A stretch of 64,000 bases of DNA from Bacteroidales bacterium (GTDB taxonomy: Bacteria; Bacteroidota; Bacteroidia; Bacteroidales; P3), in contig JAFRTM010000006.1 of the NCBI GenBank assembly GCA_017439185.1, positions 7,979-71,978 on the forward strand, in the 5' to 3' direction. Both the position numbers and the translations under genes were made by a program. The notes under the pieces are model-generated. The model saw nothing but the letters and a program-made list of their open reading frames with translations, did not search any database and was not told the origin of the DNA. Every line of letters begins with the position of its first letter. The stretch's first letter is position 1. Below are positions 18,778 through 28,785 of this stretch, in pieces.

Positions 18778-19573
18778 TTTTACGATGCTTGATTATTATC
18801 TTCAAAACGAAATACACTACGCCGACGGCGACCAAGGCCAGCAGGGCGATGGAGAGCTGATGGCTGTAGCGCTCGATGATAGAGGGGTCAGCCGCCCTAT
18901 AGGCCAGATAGCCGATAAGGGCCAGGATGCAGTTCCACACAGTGGCACCCACGAAAGTGAAGAGAGCGAAATAGCCGACATTCATCTTGGAAAGGCCTGC
19001 CGGTATGGATATAAGCTGACGGATGACCGGCACAAGACGACCTATGAGAGTGGAGATGTTGCCGTGCCGATTGAAATAGCGTTCGGCCCGCTCGAGCTTC
19101 TCGCGGTTGAGGAGGAGCAGATGACCAAAGCGACTGTCCACAAACTTGTATATTATAGGACGCCCCAGCCAACGGGAGAGATAATAGTTGATGAAGGCAC
19201 CTGCCATGGCTCCTGCCGAAGCCACCAGGACAATAAGCCAGATGCGCATGCCACCTTCGCTGTCGGGGTTGGACGCCACATAGACAGCCGGCGGAACCAC
19301 CACCTCGGAGGGGAACGGAACAAAAGAGCTTTCGACAGTCATCAGGGCAAACACCGCTCCATAGTTCATATTGGCATCATACCAGCGGAGCGCCTTGGCC
19401 ACAAAGCCACGCGACGAAGAGTCGTCGCCATGGACCGTTTCGGCGAGGCCCGCCGCGGGAGCCGGGGAAGACTGTTCGCCGGGCGATGCAGACAGCGGAG
19501 TGTTGCGCTGGGAGCATGCCGACAGGAAGAGCGTCAGCGTCAAAAAGAGCAATATAAGAAACCGTACTTTCAT
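18767..19573 (-). CDS. DedA/SNARE-associated family membrane protein
   Basis: 268 aa. The motif region ESSFVPFPSEVVVPPA and multiple TM segments are present. Confidence 0.75.
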   Translation of the reverse strand: MKVRFLILLFLTLTLFLSACSQRNTPLSASPGEQSSPAPAAGLAETVHGDDSSSRGFVAKALRWYDANMNYGAVFALMTVESSFVPFPSEVVVPPAVYVASNPDSEGGMRIWLIVLVASAGAMAGAFINYYLSRWLGRPIIYKFVDSRFGHLLLLNREKLERAERYFNRHGNISTLIGRLVPVIRQLISIPAGLSKMNVGYFALFTFVGATVWNCILALIGYLAYRAADPSIIERYSHQLSIALLALVAVGVVYFVLKIIIKHRKNGK

Positions 19574-19587
19574 CGTGGTAAGAATGT

Positions 19588-20997
19588 TTAACTACTTTTG
19601 ATTATAGCCGCCACTTCGGGGTCGTTGAACATCTCGGGACAGAGTTCCATCATCTCCAAAGGGTCGCAGTCGGAGTCGTCGATACAGGAGCGCAACACAT
19701 TGTAAAGGAAATTGCGACGACCCGTTTTGAAATAGCACACCGCCAAGCGGAGGTTGAAACTCGCCTGGTTGGAAGCATTGATGATTCCCTTGTTGAGGAC
19801 TTCGATTGCGTCGTTGTAGCGGCCACAGTCCATGAGGAAATCGGCATAGACCAGATGGTTCTCATCCTGTTCCCCATCGATATGGAGCAGACACTGGAAA
19901 AGGTTGTCGGCAACCTCGTTGTTGCCCAACTTGGAATAGAGCGAAGCTGCCTGCATCATATAGGCCGACGAGCGAGGATTGATGGAGATGGCCCGCTCAG
20001 TCATCTCGATGGCCGAATGATAGTCGCCCTGCTCGGCATAGCAGCTGCCGAGTGCCCACCAGGCGTCACCAAAATAGGGATCTTCGTCGGCAGCCTTCTT
20101 GAGATAGACGATAGCCGAGGCAAAGTTGCCCGCACCGCCGTAGATCATGCCCATGGAATAATAGACCCAGGAACGGTCTTCGGCATAGTCGAGACTCTCG
20201 TGGAGCGCAGATACGGCCTTGGCGGGATTGTTGGACTTGCGGTAGCAGTCTGAAAGCAGCACATAGGTCTGGAAGTGGGTCTTGTCGATAATCAAGGCGT
20301 ATTCGAACGCATCGATGGCCTTTTCGAGAAGGCCCAACTCGGAATAGGCTGCGCCGAGACAAATCCACATGTTGAGGTTATAGGGATGGTCCTGCACTTT
20401 GGCGAGGAAATAGGACACAGCCTCGTCGGTAGCGCCGGTATCCTCCAGCACGCTGAGCAGGTTGTACTGCGAGCGCTCCTCCTCGGGGTCGGCATTGATG
20501 GCTTTCTTGAAATATTTGATAGCCATGGGGAAGTTCTCGAGTTTACAATATTCGTCACCGATATTGCCATAGACCATACCCAGTTCACAGCAATCGGCCG
20601 AAGCGAGCTGAAAATACTGGATGGACTTCTGCGGCTGGTCGAGCTGGCTGTAGACGATACCAAGGGCATACATCACATCGGTATTGCCCGGCTCGAGCTT
20701 ATCGATTTCCTTCAACATGTCCAACGCCTTGTTGGGCTGATCCATCACACAGCAGTAATGTGCCCTGCGCAACTTTATCACGTTGGATGACGGATAGAGC
20801 TGCTCGCCATAGCGGATAGCCGAATCGAGCTGCTCCAGATCGTCGGAATCGAAATAGAAATCGATCACCATCTCCATATCGCTGACATCGATATAGCCCA
20901 TGTTGCCGGTGCGCTGCATCTTTTCGAACCGCAGCACCGCCTCGCGCACATCGTTGTCATATTTCTTGAACCTGTCTGTCTGCATATATTCTTTCAA
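19588..20997 (-). CDS. Tetratricopeptide repeat protein
   Basis: 469 aa with repeated A..Y/A..A..P TPR-like 34-mers throughout. Confidence 0.7.
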   Translation of the reverse strand: MKEYMQTDRFKKYDNDVREAVLRFEKMQRTGNMGYIDVSDMEMVIDFYFDSDDLEQLDSAIRYGEQLYPSSNVIKLRRAHYCCVMDQPNKALDMLKEIDKLEPGNTDVMYALGIVYSQLDQPQKSIQYFQLASADCCELGMVYGNIGDEYCKLENFPMAIKYFKKAINADPEEERSQYNLLSVLEDTGATDEAVSYFLAKVQDHPYNLNMWICLGAAYSELGLLEKAIDAFEYALIIDKTHFQTYVLLSDCYRKSNNPAKAVSALHESLDYAEDRSWVYYSMGMIYGGAGNFASAIVYLKKAADEDPYFGDAWWALGSCYAEQGDYHSAIEMTERAISINPRSSAYMMQAASLYSKLGNNEVADNLFQCLLHIDGEQDENHLVYADFLMDCGRYNDAIEVLNKGIINASNQASFNLRLAVCYFKTGRRNFLYNVLRSCIDDSDCDPLEMMELCPEMFNDPEVAAIIKSS

Positions 20998-21003
20998 TTG
21001 TCA

Positions 21004-24000
21004 TCAGAACGAGAACCGCACCGTCAAACCGCCCTTGGTGGTAGAGTTGGGATAGGCGTTGGAGATAAAGGGAGTGTTGATGTTGGTCTGGAAGAAGGCA
21101 CGGAGAGTAAGCGTCGTAGAGAGCGCATACTCCGCCGAGAGTTCCGCCATCCACACCTGACTACCCGACGATATCTGGTTGACATTCTGATTTATCTTTC
21201 GTATTTCTGTTTTGTTGCTGTTATAAGTGAGGTTGAACTGAAGTACCACGTCGCTCTTGATATCGTGGCGCAGACGTCCAACCTTGAGATGGAGCTCAAC
21301 ATCCTTGAAACGGTAGCCTGCCCCAACGGTTATTCCGTCACGGGAAGTCTCGGTCAGCTGGTTGTTGGCGAAGCTCAACGCCAACGTGCGGTTCTTCTGG
21401 TAGGAGAAACTGAACTGGAAGCTGTTGACCATATTCACAGCCACCTTGATGAGAGGATTGAACTGCTCGCTTATCTGCACCCCTTCCATGCTGAGAGGCG
21501 ACACATAGTCACCGGTAGAGTTGAGCACCGTCTCGGCGCCATAGTCGTAGTCTTCGAGTCCCGAGATGGCCGCATCGGTATAGAAGCCACCGATGCTATA
21601 GGTGGACATGTACTTGTGGGTGATAGAGATGTTGGAGAACCACTTCTTCATAAACGGAAGCTTCCCAAGTCCCGAATAAGAAATGCTCCAGTTGGGCAAC
21701 GGCATCTTGATAAAAGGAGTGAACTTGTGAGTGCTGACATCCTTGCCCATGTATGTAGCCAGGAAACTGGTGAGCAAGACGGTCTGCTGGTTGCCGCTGT
21801 AGCCCGCCGGATAATATTCGCCAGTGATGCTGTCCTGTACCATCTGCTGACTGTAGGCACCGCCATTCATCTCTGCCAGACGGGCTGCCACAATACTGCG
21901 GTTGTCGAGGAACTCCTTGTACAGTTCGTCCTTGTTACGGAATGCCGTAGCCAGCGACCACGCCGTAGTGGTATAACTTCCGCTTAACATCGGAGAGAGC
22001 GGTCCCATTACCTGGTCGTAGTCACTAAGGTACTTGTAATAGTATTCCTCACGTGTAGAATAGTTCTGCGTACAGTTGATGTCGACCTTCATGTTACGGA
22101 TGGGCTCCAACGTGGCCTGCATCGAGAGTATCCTGTTGCCGGTGACCCAATGGGGCTGGTTGAGGAGGGTGTCGCTACTTAACAGGTCGTTCTTCACGAG
22201 TTCCTCCGCCACATTGTCCGATATGCCCAAAATGAACACTCCCGGAGCTCCATAGTTACGCGGGTCGAGTCCAACTATCGTCGCATTGCCCATATATCCC
22301 GGTATATGGCCGCCGCCCGACTGGCTATACTGCGCATTGAAAGTACGCAAGCCTGTTATAAAACGCAGGGCGAAATATCCCACCTCACGCCAACGCTCAG
22401 CCACCTCGGCTTTGTGGATTGAATCTTCTATAGCTTTCGACAGCGAGTCGTTCTGCTGCATCCCTCGCTTGGCGTCAAGTTTGTTTTTATTCTTGTCCTT
22501 ATCTTTACTACCGGTCTTCTTGTCGTTTGTCTTAGGCGTCGGCGGGGCTTGGGCTTTCTTTATAAGTTTGAACTTGTTGTAGAACGTCTGCATATTGGCC
22601 GAAGCGGTGGCGGTGAAGGTCGAAGAGCTTTCAATAACGCTTCCCATATTCTTCAAAGCCTCTGACGCTCCTTGGTAGATGTAGTTGGCACGATAAGAGA
22701 GCGGCAGCCGCAGGAAGTCCATATAGGGGAGCTTGGTAATGGGGATATCGTAGGTCACCTGGATATTCTGCTGGAAGTTCTGCATTGTTCCGCCATGGAG
22801 GAACGAATGCCAGATGGAGTCGGATCCGGTGCGGGTCTCTATCTTTCCTATAGGCTCGTCAATTCGGGCATTGGCATTGGCGTTATACTGGAGTTTCAGG
22901 TTGGTGGATATATCGTATTGCAAACCATAGTCGCGCCGCCAGGTGAACTGCTTGAAATAGGTCGGCTTCATTATTATAAGGGCAGCACTCTTGTTTCGCA
23001 GCATCGTCTCTTCGAAGTCACGATAAACCTCGGTCGAGAAGGAGAGGTTGCGCGGCTGGTACATCAGGTTGAATTCTTTTAGGATCTTCCAGTTCTTGTT
23101 GTTGAACGCCTTGTATTTTGCGAAAGGCCTGTATTGCTTAGGCTGTTGGACCGAATAGTTGTATGAGAAACCGCCTCGGTGCTGGTCTTTGTTGTAGTGT
23201 TCTATATCTTCGTCGGAAGAGCGTTCTCCGCTGTAGGCATAACTGAACGAGAAGTTTTCGAAATCATAGAAATGTGGTTTCAGCGCTGCTTTGCCTGTGC
23301 GTTCTTTGCGCACGTTGGTGAGGGTGATGTTGGTAGTCTGCTTGCGTTGCTGCGTCATACGCTTCACCGAGTCGCGCTCGGCAGCGGTCTGATAGGTAGC
23401 CAGGTCCCGCTTCAGATACACGTCGGGATCCAGCGGGTTATACTGAGGACTGCCGATTTCTTTTGCCCAGTCAACATACAACGGGATGTGCATGCCCCAT
23501 TTCTCCGGCAACATCCTGCCGATTTCGAAGTCAAGGGTCGCCTGCATGTTTAGACGGTTTATGAGTTCGGGGTCGGTGAGTTTGTCTTCCAGGTTACCGA
23601 ATCCTGCCGACGTATAGGCTCCATATAACGAGAGGTTACCCACATCGGCAAGGTTGGTCCTCGCCAACGCCATGGCCGACCAGCCTCCTTTGTTGTTGTA
23701 GTCGCTCAGACGCAGCTCGTTGATCCACACTATGGCACTTCTCGCCACCATGTCCTGCTCGGTGCCGTTGCCTTTAGGATTCCTCACTCCTATCATTATC
23801 ACGTTGACCTTGCCGAGGTTCGGACGCCCGAGTACCGAATACTTCTTGCCGTCAACATATTCCGAGTACAGCATCGTGGGAGTGTAATCGGACGAGCCGC
23901 TGCGTATGCTCTTGTTTCGGTTGGTCTTGATCTCGGCCATCGCCTGCAGGTCTATTTCCACGTTGTTCTCGGTAGGCCATATTGCATAGGGGTCGTCCAT

Positions 24001-27000
24001 CGATGTTCCCCACTCGGTGAGTTTCAGCGGTATCTCGTATTCGTAGTAGTTCTTCGTATAGTCGCTTCCCAACCTCACAAAGAGCGTCAGGTCGTCGTCG
24101 TTCAGCATGTCGGCGGCAAACTTCTTCTCGGCGTGGACGTACATCTTCATCTTGCCATAGTAGCGGAGGTCGTATGAGGTGTTGCGGTAAATTGCACGGG
24201 CGTCGCCGGCGGCAAGGTTGGTAATGTCGAGACTTACTGCCTGCTCGTTGAGCTGGGTGTAGCTACTGCTGCTGTTGTACCACTCCTCACGCTCAATTCC
24301 GGGAGGCAACACATACGGCACCGGGTCGCGGCTGCCGTTCTCCTCTATGTTCACCGTCCCGAGGTTCAGCGATGTGTTTTCGCCATAGCCTGTCGGATAA
24401 TCGCCGGGCTGCAACAGGTCCTCGGTATATTTTCTCCACGTGCCGTAAACGAGTTCCAGGGTCGCGAAACGCAAGATTATAGGCTCTTCAAAATCTCGCA
24501 TAAACATCCTCATGAAACGGATGGACTGGTAGCCGTTTATCTTGCCTACCTTGCGGAGGGGCTCCCTTATCGGTATTCTGAACTGGTACCAGCGGCACGA
24601 CGTGGTGGTGCCGTTTGCCAGTTCCACGTTCTGCGCATCCTGGATATCTACGATGTAATTCTCTCCGATATTCATGTGGGCGGGGTCGAGCTCCACCAGA
24701 TATTCGTAGTAGTTCTCGCCTTCGCTGAGGGTGTTGTCTTTATTGATGTCTTCGACGTTGGGTATTGTGGTGGCCGCTGTCTGGTAACTCTCGGGGCTGT
24801 CTTGCTCCACCGACGAGTTGCCCTCGGGGTTGTTGTAGTACTTGTAACGGTCGTTGATTTTTACGTCGTTGTCGTCATAATACGACGAGCGGTAATAACG
24901 GAAGTCGTCGCTACTGGGGTCGGCGGCCGCTTGCTGGTAGGCCAACGATCCGGTGCCGAACAGTTCTCCCACTCGTGTGATATATTCGCTGAAGAAGCTC
25001 TGCTCGTCGTTCATATCATGTGTGCTCGACAGTCCGTCGTATCCGATATCCTGGTATTTACGGGCATTGGCGTCGTTGTCGAATGCGTTGACCACCGGCT
25101 GGGTGTTTGGCACTCGGCCCCAGATGGTGGTATCCACGCCTGTCACCACTGTACTCGTCGGCAGTCCGTTCTCGAACGACTTGCGTCCGTCGCGGAGTAT
25201 GTCTTCGCTGATGTCACCGAGGTTTATGTAGAGTTTTCCTCCTGTATGCTCGGGGTTGTCGATGAACGGGTCCATCATCCAGAACTCTATGGTCTGTATG
25301 TTCTGTGTCTCGAAGTCGGTATAGTCCAACTCACGCATTATTCCTCCCCAACGGCTCTTCGGGTCTTCCAACTTGCCTTCGGCGTTCATACCGGCACTGT
25401 AGGCCGTGGCGTCGGTCTCGTAGTTGTATGGGCCTTTCTCCTCTGGATAGAACGCCATGTTCAACTCATAGACTTTGGAAATCTCGTTGGCTGCAATCTC
25501 TTTGTTGGGGAACACCTCCTGCTCTGCTATCCGGCGTGCGTATGGCATGGAACGGTCGTCGGCAGTGATGTTGCGGGGCGAGTTGCTGTAGAAGATATCG
25601 TCGATCCTGTACCAGGCGAATTTTGCTCTGTTGAAGCCGTAGGCGAGTCCTGTGCCGTTGGCTGTCTCGCGGAACATGGGATTCTCTGACTCGGCATCCT
25701 GCGGCGTACTCGCCAGGTGCCAATAGCTCACTCCTTTGAGGTCTATCGAGCTTTCTGCTCCTTCGAAGTCGTCGATATAGGATGTCTTTCCGTCTTCGCT
25801 TCCTGTGTTGGTCATGCCGGGTATGAAATGGGCAAATTCGGCGGTCAACGTCAGGTTGGACGGGGCTTTGGTGCTTATGCCGGGGAGGAAGTCCACCACT
25901 TTGGTAATCCACGGCACCTCGGTCTTCCAGTTGAAGTCGATACCCCAGATTGTATTGCTCGTCGGCTCTTCGCCGAAGTTGTTCTTCTGTGTGAGGGGCT
26001 TCTCGTAGAGGTTCATCACCGTGGCGCCGAGGTTCAGATCGGGCTTGAACTCATAGTTCAGGTGCAGGCCGAGCATTCGCTTGGTCATCATCGAGAACGA
26101 GTTGTTCTCGCTGCTCACGCTGATGGGCGTGCCGCTGCTCAAGATGCTCTCGTTGATGATTCGCACCGTTCCCATTGTATAGTCCACGGTATAGTCCACG
26201 TTCTCTATCAGCGGAACTCCGCCTGCCGTCACGGTCACACTTCCGGGCGCCACGCTGTAGCCCAGCGATATTTCTCCGCTCACCGCCGAGGTGTAGTAGC
26301 CTTCCAGGTAGAACTTGTTTTTGTCGGCATATTGCTGCGCCAGTGTCTTGGTCATCGTGTAAAGGGAGTCGTAGCAGTATTTGTCGGCATATTCGCCATC
26401 GCCCAGTATGGCTCGCAGGTCTTTACCGAATGGCTCCACCATCGGGAAAAATACTCGTCCGGTGGTCGATTGGATTATACCTCCTTTGAACGCGGCCGAG
26501 TCGAACCAGTCCATCACTCCGTCGGCATAATAATACTGCTTTGAGGCATCCATTCGGTCGAGCCCCATCACTTCTATCAGCGGTATTCCTTCCTTGGGTC
26601 CGTCGGTGAAATAGCCAGTCCCAACGCCTCCCTCGGCTCCTTCGTAGAGCACGTTCAGGCGGAAGTTGTCACGACTGATCTGTGTGTTCTTCAAGAAATA
26701 GACGTTCTTCATCATCAGCCGCCACATCGGATTCTTAGTGTCTATGGCCGTTCCTTTCAGCAGTTTCACCACCAGCGTGTTCGGGTCGTTGATACCGTCG
26801 GTGGTCAGTTCTCCTACCTGATAGACTGTGGTGTCTCCGATCACCTGATACTGGAACGCTACTGCCAACATCTGGTCGTTGGCCAGCGGCTGACTCAGCG
26901 AGATGAATCCTAATTCGGTATTTACTGTGTATTCGCTACTATTCAGCAGTCGTGCACTCTCTATCTTCTCGTAGTCCGACGCCGCGTTGAGTCCCACTCC

Positions 27001-28173
27001 CTGCATATAGCTCGAGATGTTGTTCACACTTCTTATCGCCGAGAGGTTTATCAGCTGCATCAGGTTGTTGGTGCTGTTGCGAGGCAGTTGCGAGGCTGGG
27101 CTGTTGGGGTCGCCCCATCTTCCGGAACCCACGACGGGCAGTGCACTCGGATTCGATTCTCCCAGGTCTGTCAACGCCAGCAGGTTCCTGTTCTGCGTCA
27201 CCGCGGCTCCTATGTTGGTGCGCCACACTTCCACTCGCAGTATCTTCACGTTGGAGTTCACCACCGGCAGCGACTCCAGCGACTTGTTGTACCTCTCGTA
27301 GAAGTATTGCGAAAGGAAATAGTGCCGGTTCTCTTCGTATTCGTCGGCTCTTATCTCGAATTCTCTACTGCTTGCACCTCCTTTCACCTGCATATTCTCG
27401 GTGCTGGTCTCTTTCTCGCTCACCACGGCGTCCACCGTCAGCTTTCCGAATTTCAGCTTGGTGTGGAATCCGAAAAGTTGCTGCGAGCCTTTTATCAACG
27501 TGGTGTTCAGCGGGAAGGAGATGTCGGCCGCCTCGAGGAGCTGTATGATGTCGTCTTCCTTGCCTTCGTATTTCAGCTTTATCTTGTTCTCGAAATCGAA
27601 GGTCGCCTTGGTGTTCCAGTTGATGTCGAAGTTTATGAGGTCGCCTATCTTGGCATTGAGGCTTATCTGTATGTTCTCGTCGAAGTCAAAGTTTGTGACG
27701 CTTCGCTTGTTGGCGTCGATCTGCGGGTCTTTGCGGTAGTTGTTGACCACCTGGAAGGTCAGCTCGGCGCTTCCGCTCGGCGTTATCTTTATCTCTGGCT
27801 TTCCGATGAGGCTCTCCAGCTTGCGGCTGATTTCGGCAAAGCCGGGAATCTTGCTCAGGAGGCCTCCGCTTTTCTCTCCGGGACCTTCGGTCTTGTTGGC
27901 GCCTCGCCAGTAGTCGTCCATCAGCTGGTCCATCTTCCAGTCCTGATATTCCTCGAAGGTCATATATTCGCGACTGAGCTCTACACTTCCCAAGCGTTTC
28001 ACCCTAACATAGTCGCCGCTTTCGGCGTCATACTCCACTGTCGTGGTAATACTCGACGGGGTATAGGCATCGCCCATAGGCCGCCAAGTCGAGCCCGTAC
28101 TGTCCGTCTGGGCAAACATATAGCCACCCGTCAGCAGCACCAACACTAACAATATGGAGTACCTCAGCCGCAT
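21004..28173 (-). CDS. sprA: T9SS outer-membrane translocon SprA/Sov
   Basis: 2389-aa ORF with a signal peptide and a C-terminal beta-barrel ending in F. The size, and the position immediately downstream of ruvA, match the conserved ruvA-sprA arrangement of Bacteroidota as I recall it. Confidence 0.85.
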   Translation of the reverse strand: MRLRYSILLVLVLLTGGYMFAQTDSTGSTWRPMGDAYTPSSITTTVEYDAESGDYVRVKRLGSVELSREYMTFEEYQDWKMDQLMDDYWRGANKTEGPGEKSGGLLSKIPGFAEISRKLESLIGKPEIKITPSGSAELTFQVVNNYRKDPQIDANKRSVTNFDFDENIQISLNAKIGDLINFDINWNTKATFDFENKIKLKYEGKEDDIIQLLEAADISFPLNTTLIKGSQQLFGFHTKLKFGKLTVDAVVSEKETSTENMQVKGGASSREFEIRADEYEENRHYFLSQYFYERYNKSLESLPVVNSNVKILRVEVWRTNIGAAVTQNRNLLALTDLGESNPSALPVVGSGRWGDPNSPASQLPRNSTNNLMQLINLSAIRSVNNISSYMQGVGLNAASDYEKIESARLLNSSEYTVNTELGFISLSQPLANDQMLAVAFQYQVIGDTTVYQVGELTTDGINDPNTLVVKLLKGTAIDTKNPMWRLMMKNVYFLKNTQISRDNFRLNVLYEGAEGGVGTGYFTDGPKEGIPLIEVMGLDRMDASKQYYYADGVMDWFDSAAFKGGIIQSTTGRVFFPMVEPFGKDLRAILGDGEYADKYCYDSLYTMTKTLAQQYADKNKFYLEGYYTSAVSGEISLGYSVAPGSVTVTAGGVPLIENVDYTVDYTMGTVRIINESILSSGTPISVSSENNSFSMMTKRMLGLHLNYEFKPDLNLGATVMNLYEKPLTQKNNFGEEPTSNTIWGIDFNWKTEVPWITKVVDFLPGISTKAPSNLTLTAEFAHFIPGMTNTGSEDGKTSYIDDFEGAESSIDLKGVSYWHLASTPQDAESENPMFRETANGTGLAYGFNRAKFAWYRIDDIFYSNSPRNITADDRSMPYARRIAEQEVFPNKEIAANEISKVYELNMAFYPEEKGPYNYETDATAYSAGMNAEGKLEDPKSRWGGIMRELDYTDFETQNIQTIEFWMMDPFIDNPEHTGGKLYINLGDISEDILRDGRKSFENGLPTSTVVTGVDTTIWGRVPNTQPVVNAFDNDANARKYQDIGYDGLSSTHDMNDEQSFFSEYITRVGELFGTGSLAYQQAAADPSSDDFRYYRSSYYDDNDVKINDRYKYYNNPEGNSSVEQDSPESYQTAATTIPNVEDINKDNTLSEGENYYEYLVELDPAHMNIGENYIVDIQDAQNVELANGTTTSCRWYQFRIPIREPLRKVGKINGYQSIRFMRMFMRDFEEPIILRFATLELVYGTWRKYTEDLLQPGDYPTGYGENTSLNLGTVNIEENGSRDPVPYVLPPGIEREEWYNSSSSYTQLNEQAVSLDITNLAAGDARAIYRNTSYDLRYYGKMKMYVHAEKKFAADMLNDDDLTLFVRLGSDYTKNYYEYEIPLKLTEWGTSMDDPYAIWPTENNVEIDLQAMAEIKTNRNKSIRSGSSDYTPTMLYSEYVDGKKYSVLGRPNLGKVNVIMIGVRNPKGNGTEQDMVARSAIVWINELRLSDYNNKGGWSAMALARTNLADVGNLSLYGAYTSAGFGNLEDKLTDPELINRLNMQATLDFEIGRMLPEKWGMHIPLYVDWAKEIGSPQYNPLDPDVYLKRDLATYQTAAERDSVKRMTQQRKQTTNITLTNVRKERTGKAALKPHFYDFENFSFSYAYSGERSSDEDIEHYNKDQHRGGFSYNYSVQQPKQYRPFAKYKAFNNKNWKILKEFNLMYQPRNLSFSTEVYRDFEETMLRNKSAALIIMKPTYFKQFTWRRDYGLQYDISTNLKLQYNANANARIDEPIGKIETRTGSDSIWHSFLHGGTMQNFQQNIQVTYDIPITKLPYMDFLRLPLSYRANYIYQGASEALKNMGSVIESSSTFTATASANMQTFYNKFKLIKKAQAPPTPKTNDKKTGSKDKDKNKNKLDAKRGMQQNDSLSKAIEDSIHKAEVAERWREVGYFALRFITGLRTFNAQYSQSGGGHIPGYMGNATIVGLDPRNYGAPGVFILGISDNVAEELVKNDLLSSDTLLNQPHWVTGNRILSMQATLEPIRNMKVDINCTQNYSTREEYYYKYLSDYDQVMGPLSPMLSGSYTTTAWSLATAFRNKDELYKEFLDNRSIVAARLAEMNGGAYSQQMVQDSITGEYYPAGYSGNQQTVLLTSFLATYMGKDVSTHKFTPFIKMPLPNWSISYSGLGKLPFMKKWFSNISITHKYMSTYSIGGFYTDAAISGLEDYDYGAETVLNSTGDYVSPLSMEGVQISEQFNPLIKVAVNMVNSFQFSFSYQKNRTLALSFANNQLTETSRDGITVGAGYRFKDVELHLKVGRLRHDIKSDVVLQFNLTYNSNKTEIRKINQNVNQISSGSQVWMAELSAEYALSTTLTLRAFFQTNINTPFISNAYPNSTTKGGLTVRFSF

Positions 28174-28176
28174 CCC

Positions 28177-28761
28177 TTACATTCTCTGCATCGCCTGTTT
28201 TATGAGTTCTTCCACGGTGAGGCTGTTGTCCAGCTGTCCCAAGGCTTTCTCCACTGCCGGCTTGGGAAAGCCGAGCATGATGAGTGCGGCCTGGGCGTCG
28301 CTTTTGTTGGCCGTCATTGCCACTGGCGCCGCCACTCCTGCCGAAACACCGGCTCCGGCATATTCCACCACCTTGTCGGCCAGCTCTATGGTCACCCTCT
28401 GGGCGGTCTTCCCTCCTATGCCTTTTATCTTCTGTATGGCTTTGGCGTTGCCTTCCACTATGGCCCTCGACAGTTCGCCCACCGTCATCGACGACAGCAT
28501 CACTCTCGCCGTACCGGCTCCTATGCCGCTCACTCCTATCAGCAGCTCGAACATCTCTCGTTCGCTCTTCTCGGCAAAGCCGTAGAGGGTGAAGGCGTCT
28601 TCTCTCACCACCTCGTAAACCCACAGCAGCGCCTCTTCCGTGTCTTTCAGCTGGGCATAAGTGTTCAGCGTCACTTCCAGCAAGTATCCTACGCCGCCGC
28701 AGTCTATCACCACCTGGGTGGCATTGGCCGACGCAATCTTTCCTTTGATGTATTCGTACAT
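28177..28761 (-). CDS. ruvA: Holliday junction branch migration complex subunit RuvA
   Basis: 194 aa. The N-terminus is MYEYIKGKI...VVIDCGGVGYLLEV. The helix-hairpin-helix motifs are GVSGIGAGTARVMLS and IKGIGGKTAQRV. Confidence 0.92.
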   Translation of the reverse strand: MYEYIKGKIASANATQVVIDCGGVGYLLEVTLNTYAQLKDTEEALLWVYEVVREDAFTLYGFAEKSEREMFELLIGVSGIGAGTARVMLSSMTVGELSRAIVEGNAKAIQKIKGIGGKTAQRVTIELADKVVEYAGAGVSAGVAAPVAMTANKSDAQAALIMLGFPKPAVEKALGQLDNSLTVEELIKQAMQRM

Positions 28762-28785
28762 TTCTTTTCTGTTTCTGTTTATCTC

